Assembly (NCBI GenBank): GCA_965243395.1 | Contig: CBDEUS010000001.1 | Coordinates: forward strand, 32,001 to 96,000 | DNA from: Gammaproteobacteria bacterium | Lineage (GTDB): Bacteria; Pseudomonadota; Gammaproteobacteria; UBA4575 | Length of the DNA stretch: 64,000 bases | Reading direction: 5' to 3' | In this document: positions 16,937 to 26,309 of the stretch, in pieces | Position numbering within the stretch: position 1 is the stretch's first letter | Layout: every line of letters begins with the position of its first letter | Notes under the pieces: model-generated | Databases searched by the model: none | What the model saw: only the letters and a program-made list of their open reading frames with translations | Told to the model about the DNA's origin: nothing | Translations under genes and position numbers: made by a program

Positions 16937-17470
16937 ATGGAAATGAAGAAATTAGTTAAAGGATTAATCGTTGCAGGTGCAATGGTCGCCGGTGGTAGCG
17001 CATTTGCTGCTACACAAGGTACTTTAGGTGGTACTTCACAAGGTGACATAGATATTGATGTTAGTGTTGGTGATGAAATTTTAATCACTGCTCTAGCGGA
17101 TATCACTGGAACTCATGTGCCTGGTAACAATTTCACTGGAAGCAGTCCAGCATGTGTGTACACAAATAATCCAACAGGAAACTACAACGTTACTATGACT
17201 AGTGCTAATCCTGGTGCAGGTAATGAATTTCAGTTAAATGGTCCATCTGGATTAATAATTTATACAGTTGACTATGATGACGGCGATAGTTCAGCAACTA
17301 TGCTATCTGGTCAAATCAACACAACATTTGATAATGCAGACACTGCTTCAACTAACTGTGGCGGTGCTCCTCAATCTTCTATCGATATTTCTGTACCAGC
17401 TGCATCTTTAGATGCTGTTGCAGCAGGCACATATTCAGATGTAATTACTATTTTAGTTGCTCCTAGATAA
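16937..17470 (+). CDS. Probable major pilin of a chaperone-usher pilus
   Basis: AGGA RBS, signal peptide, N-terminal extension ATQGTLGGTSQG, two Cys, C-terminal 'AGTYSDVITILVAP' strand. Confidence 0.75.
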   Translation: MEMKKLVKGLIVAGAMVAGGSAFAATQGTLGGTSQGDIDIDVSVGDEILITALADITGTHVPGNNFTGSSPACVYTNNPTGNYNVTMTSANPGAGNEFQLNGPSGLIIYTVDYDDGDSSATMLSGQINTTFDNADTASTNCGGAPQSSIDISVPAASLDAVAAGTYSDVITILVAPR

Positions 17471-17501
17471 TTCTAGAAAACTAAATTTCTACGATTGTGA
17501 A

Positions 17502-17530
17502 TGCGCCAACAGCAAACTACTGTTGGCGCA
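17502..17530 (+). terminator. Strong intercistronic hairpin after the major pilin (no U-tract)
   Basis: tgcgccaacag-caaacta-ctgttggcgca, a perfect 11-bp stem. Confidence 0.65.
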
Positions 17531-17572
17531 ATTCATTTAAGAATGATAAAAATTAAATTAAATAAAAATAAA

Positions 17573-18157
17573 ATGAGAAAGAAAATAGATCATTATTTAC
17601 TTCTCCTCGGTTTATTTTTATTTTTTTCAATTCTACCTTTTTCCTCAATACAGGCTGCTACTCAGGGCTCGCTTGGTGCAACTTCGAGTGGAACTGTTGA
17701 GCTTGGTATCGCCGTAAATCGAAGTATCATTATTCTTGGATTGCGTGATTTTAATTTCGGTGTATGGAATAGTGGTGACGGCACGTTAATCGATAACGAT
17801 GATGTGTGTGTGGCAAAGACCTCAAACTTTGGCACATATGGCATACGTGCTGCCGGAGATGGTGATGGATTTGATCCAGCAGCATTCACTCTTTCTAATG
17901 GAGTTGATCAAATTAACTATAATGTTTACTGGAATGATACAGATACGCCAAGCGGAGCAAATCCGTTAAATCAACTTACTCCGGGTGTAATTCAACACGG
18001 ACAAGTTGAGACAAACTTCCATGTGATTATTGCTGTGTTTTTTGGTATTTGTTTGCCTAACGCAAATATAGAAATTGAAATACCTGATACAGAATTATCG
18101 TCTGCAGTGGGTGGTGCATATTCTGGAACATTGACACTGCTCGTTATTCCCGATTAG
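17573..18157 (+). CDS. Minor pilin subunit
   Basis: Paralog of 16937: 'ATQGSLGATSSG', two Cys, 'GGAYSGTLTLLVIP'. ATG 17573 preferred because ATG 17501 lies in the hairpin. Confidence 0.72.
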   Translation: MRKKIDHYLLLLGLFLFFSILPFSSIQAATQGSLGATSSGTVELGIAVNRSIIILGLRDFNFGVWNSGDGTLIDNDDVCVAKTSNFGTYGIRAAGDGDGFDPAAFTLSNGVDQINYNVYWNDTDTPSGANPLNQLTPGVIQHGQVETNFHVIIAVFFGICLPNANIEIEIPDTELSSAVGGAYSGTLTLLVIPD

Positions 18158-18189
18158 TCTTAGTACATCTTAAGTAAAATTTTGTTCTT

Positions 18190-18663
18190 ATGCTTAAGCA
18201 TTTGAGGTGCCTATTGTTGGTGCTGTTATTTTTATTGTGTATCTCTTCGGCACATGCTGTTATTCGCATATATGGGTTAGAAGATTTTAGTTTAGGCAGA
18301 TGGGTAACAGGTTCGGGATCAATCCGCGCTAATGCAAATATATGTGTTGCAGTGAGACCCCGCGGTCCATATCAGATTACTGCATACGGACAGGGCCCAG
18401 CGAACGCCTTTGTCCTTTCCGATGCAGGTGTACATTTACCATTTCGATTATTTTTCAATGATCGTCCACGTCCAAATGGGGCACAAGAGTTATTTGCCGG
18501 ACAGACGCTTGGAGGATTGCGTGGTAGAAGAGGGCGAGGGATTCGTAGGCAGTGCAGTCGGCCTACAGCAAACATTGCGGTTCTTGTTTCTGATTCTGAC
18601 CTTACACAGGTACCCGCAGGTCGTTATCGTGGCACCATTGTTTTTGTAGTGGGTCCAGAATAA
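18190..18663 (+). CDS. Minor or tip pilin-like subunit, Arg-rich
   Basis: Signal peptide, 'IYGLEDFSLGRW' (compare 'ILGLRDFNFGVW' in the previous gene), two Cys, 'AGRYRGTIVFVVGP'. Lacks the ATQG N-terminal extension. Confidence 0.68.
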   Translation: MLKHLRCLLLVLLFLLCISSAHAVIRIYGLEDFSLGRWVTGSGSIRANANICVAVRPRGPYQITAYGQGPANAFVLSDAGVHLPFRLFFNDRPRPNGAQELFAGQTLGGLRGRRGRGIRRQCSRPTANIAVLVSDSDLTQVPAGRYRGTIVFVVGPE

Positions 18664-18665
18664 AA

Positions 18666-21119
18666 CTAGTTGTTGCAGACTAAGCTATCAACAAAAGCCA
18701 CCCCTTGTTTAATTTCGAGTTCAGGAAGTTCAATGGTGCATGTAGCAGTACCATTTTTAGAAACCTCAAGTGGTTTTGTACCGATAATTTCCGCTTGTAG
18801 CCAACCATCCTGATCTGTAACAGCATATCCAACAGCATTGTCTATACGCATGCGTGAAGCAGGTTCCCCATTTTTCAATTCAACTCGAGTGATCAATACT
18901 GTAATTGGCTGAACTTCATAATCTAATGTTTCTACATTGCCTGGATACAGTGTTACTTTTCTAAGGCCTTCATCAAAATGTAATAACTCATCGCTCTGTG
19001 AGCGAATTGAGATGCTGTAGGTTTGAAACGCAATTAAAGGTAGTACTGTGCGATGACCTATTTTTGCAATCCCTCTTGGCTGTCCATTTACAAATATTTC
19101 GAAAGGCTCATTTTTTGTTGGTCCTTCAATATTTAAAATTACTCCACTGTCTGTATTGCGTTGACCACCGAATGCAAGTTGGCCATCGTTAGATAATAGA
19201 TTTGTATTTTGAACACCTCGATAGCGTAAGAAACTTCCACGTTCGTTATCATCTACCTGCTCTATCTGAGTATCGAATCGACCAAAGGAAGAAATATTTT
19301 CAGCACGTAAGCCTGCTGAGGATCGCTCTAACTCTTCTGAAAGAAACCCACCTAATGTGAATTCACCATATTGAAAGTCTTCATAACTCTTATTCAAATT
19401 TGCAAATATCACAGGACCTTGATCAGTTTCCCCATCCGTTTCAGTTGCTAAATATCTTGGACGTATACTCAAATTATGGTTTGGCGCAGATTTTGTAATA
19501 CGTATACCAGCTTGCAGATTGTAATCATCTTCTTCAAAAAACGAACTTAAATTGGCTTCAATAGAATAACGATTTCTGTGAAATAAAGGATATCGGTACT
19601 CTAAACCATAAGATGTGCTTGCTTCCTCAGTGCGTCTATCACGATATTGAGTGCGTAAGATTAAATTTCCTCTACTAAGCGGAATACTTGCAGACATATT
19701 TCCTTGACTGAAATCACTTGGCAAGATTCGAACATCTATGTCCTCGTCATCATCGATCTTTGATTCGACCTGACGATAATCCATATTCAGGGATATTCCT
19801 TTAAATCGAAACTGTCCTAGCAAATGCAAGCCCCATTCACCTTCAGCACCGATCATTGTTGCATTTTGCAAAATATAACCTGATCCAAAATAAGCAAGAC
19901 TGCTTTGTAATAAATCAGTGTCTTTTGAATGTAAAAACTCCAATGATGCGCCAAGATTATTTTTAAGGCGATACGCAGTTCCTGCGCGCAACAATTCTGC
20001 GCTGGAAATATCCGGTAAACTACCATTTGAAACGTCTTTCTCAAGTATACCAAGCTCCAAATAATGTAATGGCTGATCCATAGGTGGGAGTATCGACGAC
20101 TTTACAAAAAAGTATTGCTCTTCTCGTGTACTGCCACTGGAGTCCGTAATACGTAATGTAATCGGATAAGAACCGGATGGCAGCCTCAGGGTATTGAGCT
20201 GTTGATTACCAGTATCATAAATACCACCGTCAATGAGTTTGCCATCTTTAAAAACTTCAATTTGACTGCGTGAATTTAAAAACAAAAAGATTTCTGTTGC
20301 TTGAGAATAATCTAAATCAGCGCGTGTTCGAGTAGATCCATAGATACGTGTTCCGAGTAAATCCAAGCTATTTGTAAATGAACTAAATTGCGTACTTGAA
20401 TTGTAATAACCAAGCTCTTTTGCAATGCCTGAATTGTCATTTTGTAGTGACAAAGTCTCGAGATTAAAATCACGTGTATTGGAATAATCCCACTGGGTTT
20501 GCATTCTTGATTGTCCACGAGAAATGATATGATTTGCTCCCGTTGTGTATGCAGTTTCTCCATCTTCTCCGCTAAAACTGCTGGAAAAGGAACTTACGCT
20601 GGTAAATTTATCTGATGTGTTCTTTGGTAAAAACTTATTTGACACAATTCCCTGCGGCAACAGCTGTAATTTGTTTACAAACACATGTAAATGAAATCGA
20701 CTTTCATCGAAGATCACACCAGCAATATTAGGTTCAATGATTCCACAATCTCTTTGCAAATCAGATAAGCATACCGAACCCGCGTGAGTATCGAGTGGCC
20801 CACTAAGAGCGTCAATAATTACAGCTGGATCAATTAAATGTGGAATTAAAGCAGTGACCTCGTCTGGGAACGTTAATTCGATACTCTTTGGTGTATAGGT
20901 TGCAAGTGTGTTACCAACTTTATCACCACCATAGTACACATCTACTTCTGTGGTTTGTGGGAGTACTAAATCTTCAAAACCGGGAGGAGGTCCATCTTTG
21001 ACTCGAATAGCGGGTGTATCTTCTGCAAGAACTTGTGATGAAAAAAAGATTACGTGCGATAAATATATACACACGCATAGGAACATGTTGACTACAAAGT
21101 ATTGCAGTTTACTTTGCAT
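18666..21119 (-). CDS. Alpha-class (TcfC/CooC/EcpC-like) fimbrial usher
   Basis: 817 aa with signal peptide, 'PPGFEDL..QTTEVDVYYGG', 'GNQQLNTLRLPSGSYPITLRI', 'VTLYPGNV', 'TDQDGWLQ' and a C-terminal Cys pair. Confidence 0.85.
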   Translation of the reverse strand: MQSKLQYFVVNMFLCVCIYLSHVIFFSSQVLAEDTPAIRVKDGPPPGFEDLVLPQTTEVDVYYGGDKVGNTLATYTPKSIELTFPDEVTALIPHLIDPAVIIDALSGPLDTHAGSVCLSDLQRDCGIIEPNIAGVIFDESRFHLHVFVNKLQLLPQGIVSNKFLPKNTSDKFTSVSSFSSSFSGEDGETAYTTGANHIISRGQSRMQTQWDYSNTRDFNLETLSLQNDNSGIAKELGYYNSSTQFSSFTNSLDLLGTRIYGSTRTRADLDYSQATEIFLFLNSRSQIEVFKDGKLIDGGIYDTGNQQLNTLRLPSGSYPITLRITDSSGSTREEQYFFVKSSILPPMDQPLHYLELGILEKDVSNGSLPDISSAELLRAGTAYRLKNNLGASLEFLHSKDTDLLQSSLAYFGSGYILQNATMIGAEGEWGLHLLGQFRFKGISLNMDYRQVESKIDDDEDIDVRILPSDFSQGNMSASIPLSRGNLILRTQYRDRRTEEASTSYGLEYRYPLFHRNRYSIEANLSSFFEEDDYNLQAGIRITKSAPNHNLSIRPRYLATETDGETDQGPVIFANLNKSYEDFQYGEFTLGGFLSEELERSSAGLRAENISSFGRFDTQIEQVDDNERGSFLRYRGVQNTNLLSNDGQLAFGGQRNTDSGVILNIEGPTKNEPFEIFVNGQPRGIAKIGHRTVLPLIAFQTYSISIRSQSDELLHFDEGLRKVTLYPGNVETLDYEVQPITVLITRVELKNGEPASRMRIDNAVGYAVTDQDGWLQAEIIGTKPLEVSKNGTATCTIELPELEIKQGVAFVDSLVCNN

Positions 21120-21149
21120 GAGCAGTCTGTAAAAACTAATTATTAAAGA

Positions 21150-21893
21150 TTATTTGTAAGTTTCAACAGAGTTTTTCGTGCCCACACTCATTTGGTAATC
21201 AACGGCTTTGTTATAAGGCAATTCAAGCGTCCAACTATTTCCGGGATATAAACGTCGTCCTGTTAAACGTTGGCAACTTTCAGAATCATTCGAGGCGCCA
21301 TCAGGGCATTGCTTACCCTCACGCAATAAAATGTTTGTATTGCCTTTATTTTCAAAAAATATTGATTTTCCAGAACGCTTGGCGATTAAATTGGGTTCTG
21401 GTGTTGCAGGTTGCATGAGAACTAATACCTCATAACCAACTAAAATTTTAACGCCAATTTGTTCAGTTTCTAAATCACCTATAACAGGCTTAAAAGTTAC
21501 TCGATACACGCGTTCTTTTTCGCCAAGAGGTTGCAAAGAAACTACACGCACTAGCTTTCTTCCGCCAGGAGGCACAACAAGTTTGTTGGGTGTGACTAAC
21601 AAACCAGATTCACGAGGATCATTTATTGTTAGACGATGCTCAGTTTCCGTGCCAGGTTCTGCGACTATTGAAGGTGTAATTTCAATGTATAGGTTTTCTG
21701 AGTTACTTGGGTTTTCAACTTCTATGTCCTTACGTAATGGTTTGCCCGGTTCAAAATGAATAATCGCTTCACTTAAAACCATGTTGGCAAATACACTAGA
21801 TACGGGTGTGAGAAATAAAAAACACATTGCAACGAAAAGCGCTAAATGTGCGAGAAATTTTTGTGTAGTTAAAATTTTATGTTGAATAGGCAT
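21150..21893 (-). CDS. Periplasmic fimbrial chaperone
   Basis: Motifs 'LLVTPNKLVVPPGGRKLVR', 'ERVYRVTFKP', 'NKGNTNILL', 'RLYPG'. Upstream of the usher. Confidence 0.85.
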   Translation of the reverse strand: MPIQHKILTTQKFLAHLALFVAMCFLFLTPVSSVFANMVLSEAIIHFEPGKPLRKDIEVENPSNSENLYIEITPSIVAEPGTETEHRLTINDPRESGLLVTPNKLVVPPGGRKLVRVVSLQPLGEKERVYRVTFKPVIGDLETEQIGVKILVGYEVLVLMQPATPEPNLIAKRSGKSIFFENKGNTNILLREGKQCPDGASNDSESCQRLTGRRLYPGNSWTLELPYNKAVDYQMSVGTKNSVETYK

Positions 21894-22129
21894 CAGAACT
21901 TAATCCTTGGTTATATTTTACTCATTATCTATGTATGACATACACACACATTGGATTAGAGTGCCTAATTAACTGAATTTCCAACAGAAATTGCCAAAAC
22001 GTCCTTTTTTGTTGATTGGCTGGGATTAGTGTTTAAACGATTCTAGATAGGTTTAAAGTACTTACAGTTCGTCGCTATAAACGTCGCTTTCATACCTGTG
22101 ACAAAGGTATCAGTCACTCTACATAATTC

Positions 22130-22146
22130 TTCACAATTGACCCACA
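22130..22146 (+). promoter_or_regulatory. Possible cre-tag-like (CreB) direct repeat upstream of creD
   Basis: TTCAC-AATTGA-CCCAC versus consensus TTCAC-N6-TTCAC, about 60 bp upstream of creD. Second half is imperfect. Confidence 0.3.
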
Positions 22147-22205
22147 TTTTTGCCATTTTTGAGCATTAGTTTGTTGTCAATCACCATCAGATAAATTGGA
22201 AAAAC

Positions 22206-23723
22206 ATGATTTATGGAATGCTAGTTTTGCTGATCTTGCTCGCTGTGTTAATTGGCATTGGGTTTCTAATTTATTTATTGGTCCGAAAAATTCAACAAAT
22301 AAGTAAAAGCGCTATGGACAATGATAATTCAAAAATCGGTAATCAATCAGGCAAAAATGCAAAAAGTATGAGTGAAACTTTAACGATACGAGCACTAATT
22401 GTTGGTGTGATTGCATTAGTAATGCTAATTCCCTTGGTGATGATGCAAGGTGTTGTTGATGAACGAAATGGATTATATAGAAATGTTTTGCATGACATTG
22501 CAAATACTTGGGGAGGTCGACAATTATTGCAAGGACCTATGTTGGTAGTACCATTTATAGAAAAGCATGTTAACCGAGAAACAACCACAGATGAAAATGG
22601 CGAAGAAAAAGTTAAAACTAAAATTACCTATAAAACTAAATATGCTATTCACTTGCCAAAAGATTTAAAAATTAATGTTGACTTAAAGGAGCAGCATCGC
22701 AAGCGAGGTATTTATAAGTCTTTAGTATATGAAGCAGCGATATCTTTGTCGGGTAGTTTTGGACAATTAGACGTTGAAAAAATGTCAGATTACATTCATC
22801 GAATTGATTGGGATAAGGCATACTTTGTTTTGGGCTTGTCCGATACGCGGGCCATAAATGAAGTTGCGCCATTGAATTGGAATGGTGTTGAACTTGGTTA
22901 TTCTCCAGGAACAGGAGTCACTAATTTAATTACTCATGGTTTTCGTGCCAGCATTAAAAATTTAAGTGCGGCAACAGAAACACATGAATTTGCTACTAAA
23001 ATTTCTATCAATGGTAGTCAGGGTTTTAGGTTTGCGCCATTTGGTGAAAAGACCATTGTTTCAATGCAGTCCACATGGCCACATCCTAGCTTTCAAGGGA
23101 TGACGCTACCCTCAAAGCATAAAATTACAGAAACAGGATTTACAGCAGAATGGGTAATCCCGCATTTGGCTCGAAACTATCCTCAGGCATGGGTGTCAGG
23201 AAATGCAGGTTATCATCTCGGTGAATTTGTCGCCGGAGTAGACTTATTTGAACCTGTATTTCTCTATTCAAAAATGACGCGTGCAGTAAAATACGGCATT
23301 TTATTTATAGGATTAACGTTTTTAACTTTTCTTATCTTTGAGCTAACTATGCAAGCTCGTTTGCACTATGTGCAATATGGATTAATCGGTGTGGCCTTAG
23401 CTATTTTTTATTTAGTATTGTTATCGATAGCTGAACACACAGCATTTATAAATGCATATATTGTTGCGGCAGTTATTAATATTGGACTGATAACTTTATA
23501 TACGGCTGCAGCACTGAGAAACTGGTCTAAAGCCGGAATTATTTTTGTACTGTTAGGCGCGTTATACGCCGTACTGTATTCATTACTTCAGTTAGAAGAC
23601 TACGCGCTATTAATGGGAACGATGCTGTTATTATCTGTATTGATAGTACTGATGTATGTTACCCGTAATCTTCGCGTGAACTCATCAAGTGATAGTAATA
23701 TTCCTCATCTTGGTAATGGATAA
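22206..23723 (+). CDS. creD: Inner-membrane protein CreD
   Basis: Motifs 'WGGRQLLQGP', 'RKRGIY', 'STWPHPSFQG..LP', 'RAVKYGILFI', 'HYVQYGLIG', 'LEDYALLMG', 'MYVTR'. Confidence 0.92.
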   Translation: MIYGMLVLLILLAVLIGIGFLIYLLVRKIQQISKSAMDNDNSKIGNQSGKNAKSMSETLTIRALIVGVIALVMLIPLVMMQGVVDERNGLYRNVLHDIANTWGGRQLLQGPMLVVPFIEKHVNRETTTDENGEEKVKTKITYKTKYAIHLPKDLKINVDLKEQHRKRGIYKSLVYEAAISLSGSFGQLDVEKMSDYIHRIDWDKAYFVLGLSDTRAINEVAPLNWNGVELGYSPGTGVTNLITHGFRASIKNLSAATETHEFATKISINGSQGFRFAPFGEKTIVSMQSTWPHPSFQGMTLPSKHKITETGFTAEWVIPHLARNYPQAWVSGNAGYHLGEFVAGVDLFEPVFLYSKMTRAVKYGILFIGLTFLTFLIFELTMQARLHYVQYGLIGVALAIFYLVLLSIAEHTAFINAYIVAAVINIGLITLYTAAALRNWSKAGIIFVLLGALYAVLYSLLQLEDYALLMGTMLLLSVLIVLMYVTRNLRVNSSSDSNIPHLGNG

Positions 23724-23828
23724 GATAAATAAAATACTGCAAAATTTGCTACGCATCGGGAACAAATAGTTTATCTTTGTAATCTTATGCATACATCATT
23801 TAAAAGACTTTTTAGCGGAGCAATGTAA

Positions 23829-24140
23829 ATGAAACAGTTTGTAGGACTTATTAGTATTTTATTTGTAGCACTTTCTTCAGGTGCCGTTTTTGCAGGCGAT
23901 GCAGAAGCAGGAAAATCAAAATCCATAACCTGTGCTGCTTGTCATGGTGGAGAAGGCATTAGCCCTAATGGACTATGGCCGAATCTCGCAGGTCAAAAAG
24001 AAGAATACTTAGCAGCACAAATCAAGGCATTTCGAGATGGTGCTAGAGAAAACGCACAAATGGCGCCAATGGTGGCAAATCTAAGCGATGAAGATATTGC
24101 AGATCTTGCCGCGTACTACGCGTCTTTGGGTTGCAAATAA
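23829..24140 (+). CDS. Monohaem class I cytochrome c (c553/c554-like)
   Basis: Signal peptide, 'CAACHG', 'PNLAGQ', distal Met in 'QMAPM'. Confidence 0.92.
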   Translation: MKQFVGLISILFVALSSGAVFAGDAEAGKSKSITCAACHGGEGISPNGLWPNLAGQKEEYLAAQIKAFRDGARENAQMAPMVANLSDEDIADLAAYYASLGCK

Positions 24141-24155
24141 GATTTGTCAGGCTGA

Positions 24156-24638
24156 CTATGCGGCTATGTAGCGTAGTCCGCCTGCTACCATCACTACTAT
24201 TACACCAAGTAATAAATTAATTCCGATGAATTTGCGAATTTGCGCGAGGTGTTCGCTGGCAAGCTGAAAGTTTTCTTGTTTGACTGCTTTGCATAAGCGT
24301 CGAAAGGGCGCAAAAAATACATGCAAGAAAATTAAAATCATAATCACACCTATCACTTGCATGATGTGAATGTGCCAGCCGACACGCGCCATACCTCCGT
24401 AGTGTGCTGCAATGATCCAATAGCCGGTTGCGGGTAATGTAATGATGCATACCCAAACCCAAAAGAAGAAGCTCGAAAGTGTTCTCTTCCATAGTTTCAA
24501 GCGTTGGGGCATTTCCAGGGCCTTGGCGGCAGCAGGTCGTAATGAGATATAGGCGAAGAACATTCCACCTACCCATATAACTGCAGCAATTAAATGAGCT
24601 GCAACGGCAGCTGGGAAGTAATATGGCTGTAAGTCCAC
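24156..24638 (-). CDS. CopD-like 4-TM membrane protein
   Basis: Motifs 'HLIAAVIWVGGMFFA..LRPAA' and 'INLLLG'. Confidence 0.75.
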   Translation of the reverse strand: MDLQPYYFPAAVAAHLIAAVIWVGGMFFAYISLRPAAAKALEMPQRLKLWKRTLSSFFFWVWVCIITLPATGYWIIAAHYGGMARVGWHIHIMQVIGVIMILIFLHVFFAPFRRLCKAVKQENFQLASEHLAQIRKFIGINLLLGVIVVMVAGGLRYIAA

Positions 24639-24789
24639 TTTGTACTCTCTCTTATCTAGTTCTTTTATTATCTTCAGAGTGATGGACGGTGCGTCCTGAT
24701 CTACAGATAAAGTTTACTGCATGTTTGCTGCAAATTATATGCTGATAGGCTAAAGTGCAGGCCTGATTTAAGTCAAACGTAGTTAAAGT

Positions 24790-25488
24790 ATGTCACAAGA
24801 AAGGCCAAACTCAGATTGGATAGCACCTTCTATTCTCTCAGCCGATTTTGCAAGATTGGGCGAAGAAGTGACTGCAGTGCTGGAGGCAGGCGCAGACATC
24901 ATTCATTTTGATGTAATGGATAATCACTATGTACCGAACTTAACCTTTGGACCGGTAATCTGTAAGGCACTACGAGACTACGGAATACAAGCACCGATAG
25001 ATGTGCATTTAATGGTCAAACCTGTGGACCGCTTGATTTCTGACTTTGCGGCTGCAGGTGCGAGCTATATAACTTTTCACCCCGAAGCATCGGAGCATGT
25101 TGATCGCAGTTTGCAATTAATACGTGATCAAGGATGTAAGGCAGGCTTGGTATTTAATCCAGCAACATCTTTGGATCAATTAGAATATGTATTAGATAAG
25201 ATCGACATGGTTTTACTGATGTCAGTTAATCCAGGTTTTGGCGGCCAAAAATTTATCCCAGCAATTTTGAAAAAATTAAAGCAGGCTAAAAAACTAATTG
25301 AACAATCAGGGTTGCCGATTCGGTTAGAAATTGACGGCGGTGTTAAAGTAGATAACATAGCTGAAATTAAAGCTGCAGGTGCTGATACTTTTGTTGCAGG
25401 TTCTGCAATTTTTAACACCAAAGATTATAAAGGCACGATCGCCAAAATGCGCGAACAACTTGGCAGCTCTTCCAAAGTTACCACTTAA
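24790..25488 (+). CDS. rpe: Ribulose-phosphate 3-epimerase
   Basis: Motifs '[10 protein letters not shown]', '[16 protein letters not shown]', '[12 protein letters not shown]', 'EIDGGV'. Confidence 0.97.
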   Translation: MSQERPNSDWIAPSILSADFARLGEEVTAVLEAGADIIHFDVMDNHYVPNLTFGPVICKALRDYGIQAPIDVHLMVKPVDRLISDFAAAGASYITFHPEASEHVDRSLQLIRDQGCKAGLVFNPATSLDQLEYVLDKIDMVLLMSVNPGFGGQKFIPAILKKLKQAKKLIEQSGLPIRLEIDGGVKVDNIAEIKAAGADTFVAGSAIFNTKDYKGTIAKMREQLGSSSKVTT

Positions 25489-25500
25489 TAATTTTCTGTT

Positions 25501-26187
25501 TTGAATAATTCTCTAACGCACACGCAATGCGTGATTTTTGATTTGGATGGAACATTAGTAGACAGTGCTCCAGATATCGCGATCAGCATGAATATAATGT
25601 TGCAAGAACTTGGTTATCCAACACATGATCTTGCTCAAGTTAGGAATTGGATGGGAAATGGTGCTGGAAAATTAATTAAACGCGCGCTCACAGGGAAGAT
25701 GGATGGAGAGCCCCCAAAAGAGTTGTTCAAAAGAGCCCAGCAAATATTTTTTGATGTTTATGAACAAAACATACATGCTGAAAGCACATTGTATGAGGGT
25801 GTATTAGAAGGATTGAATATTTTACGTGAGCAGCCTTATTTCATCGCTTGTGTCACCAATAAGCCTAGAAGATTTACACCACCCTTGTTGAAAGCCTTTA
25901 ATTTAAAACAGTATTTTGATTGTTTAATCTGTGGTGACGACCTCGCTGTAAAAAAGCCCGATCCTCAGGTATTACAGAATGTACTCCGTGAGGCAAATGT
26001 AGGTCCTAGGCAAACAGTAATGGTTGGGGACTCCGCTAGTGATATAAAAGCGGCTCGAGCAGCTAATATCACATCATTTTGTGTCCGATATGGATATCAT
26101 CAGGGAGTAGGTGTTGATGCTTTGGGCGCAGACTATATAATCGACTCCATTGAGGAAGTGCCTCAGTATCTATCGAATACAGATTAA
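25501..26187 (+). CDS. gph: Phosphoglycolate phosphatase (HAD)
   Basis: Motifs 'FDLDGTLVDS', 'VTNKP', 'KKPDP', 'MVGDS..DI'. rpe-gph-trpE synteny. Confidence 0.92.
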   Translation: MNNSLTHTQCVIFDLDGTLVDSAPDIAISMNIMLQELGYPTHDLAQVRNWMGNGAGKLIKRALTGKMDGEPPKELFKRAQQIFFDVYEQNIHAESTLYEGVLEGLNILREQPYFIACVTNKPRRFTPPLLKAFNLKQYFDCLICGDDLAVKKPDPQVLQNVLREANVGPRQTVMVGDSASDIKAARAANITSFCVRYGYHQGVGVDALGADYIIDSIEEVPQYLSNTD

Positions 26188-26200
26188 GGAATTATTTTCA

Positions 26201-26254
26201 ATGATCATCTCATTACAGAAAGGAATAGCTTGGCTTTTTAGTTGGCGTAGCTAG
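26201..26254 (+). CDS. trpL: Candidate trp leader peptide MIISLQKGIAWLFSWRS
   Basis: AAGGA about 10 nt upstream, two TGG codons near the 3' end, a WRS-stop ending, 55 nt before trpE. Confidence 0.65.
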   Translation: MIISLQKGIAWLFSWRS

Positions 26255-26309
26255 TTGTAACTAGTTGACCTGACTTATTCGCTGTTCTTTTTTTCGATTT
26301 GGAGATGAT

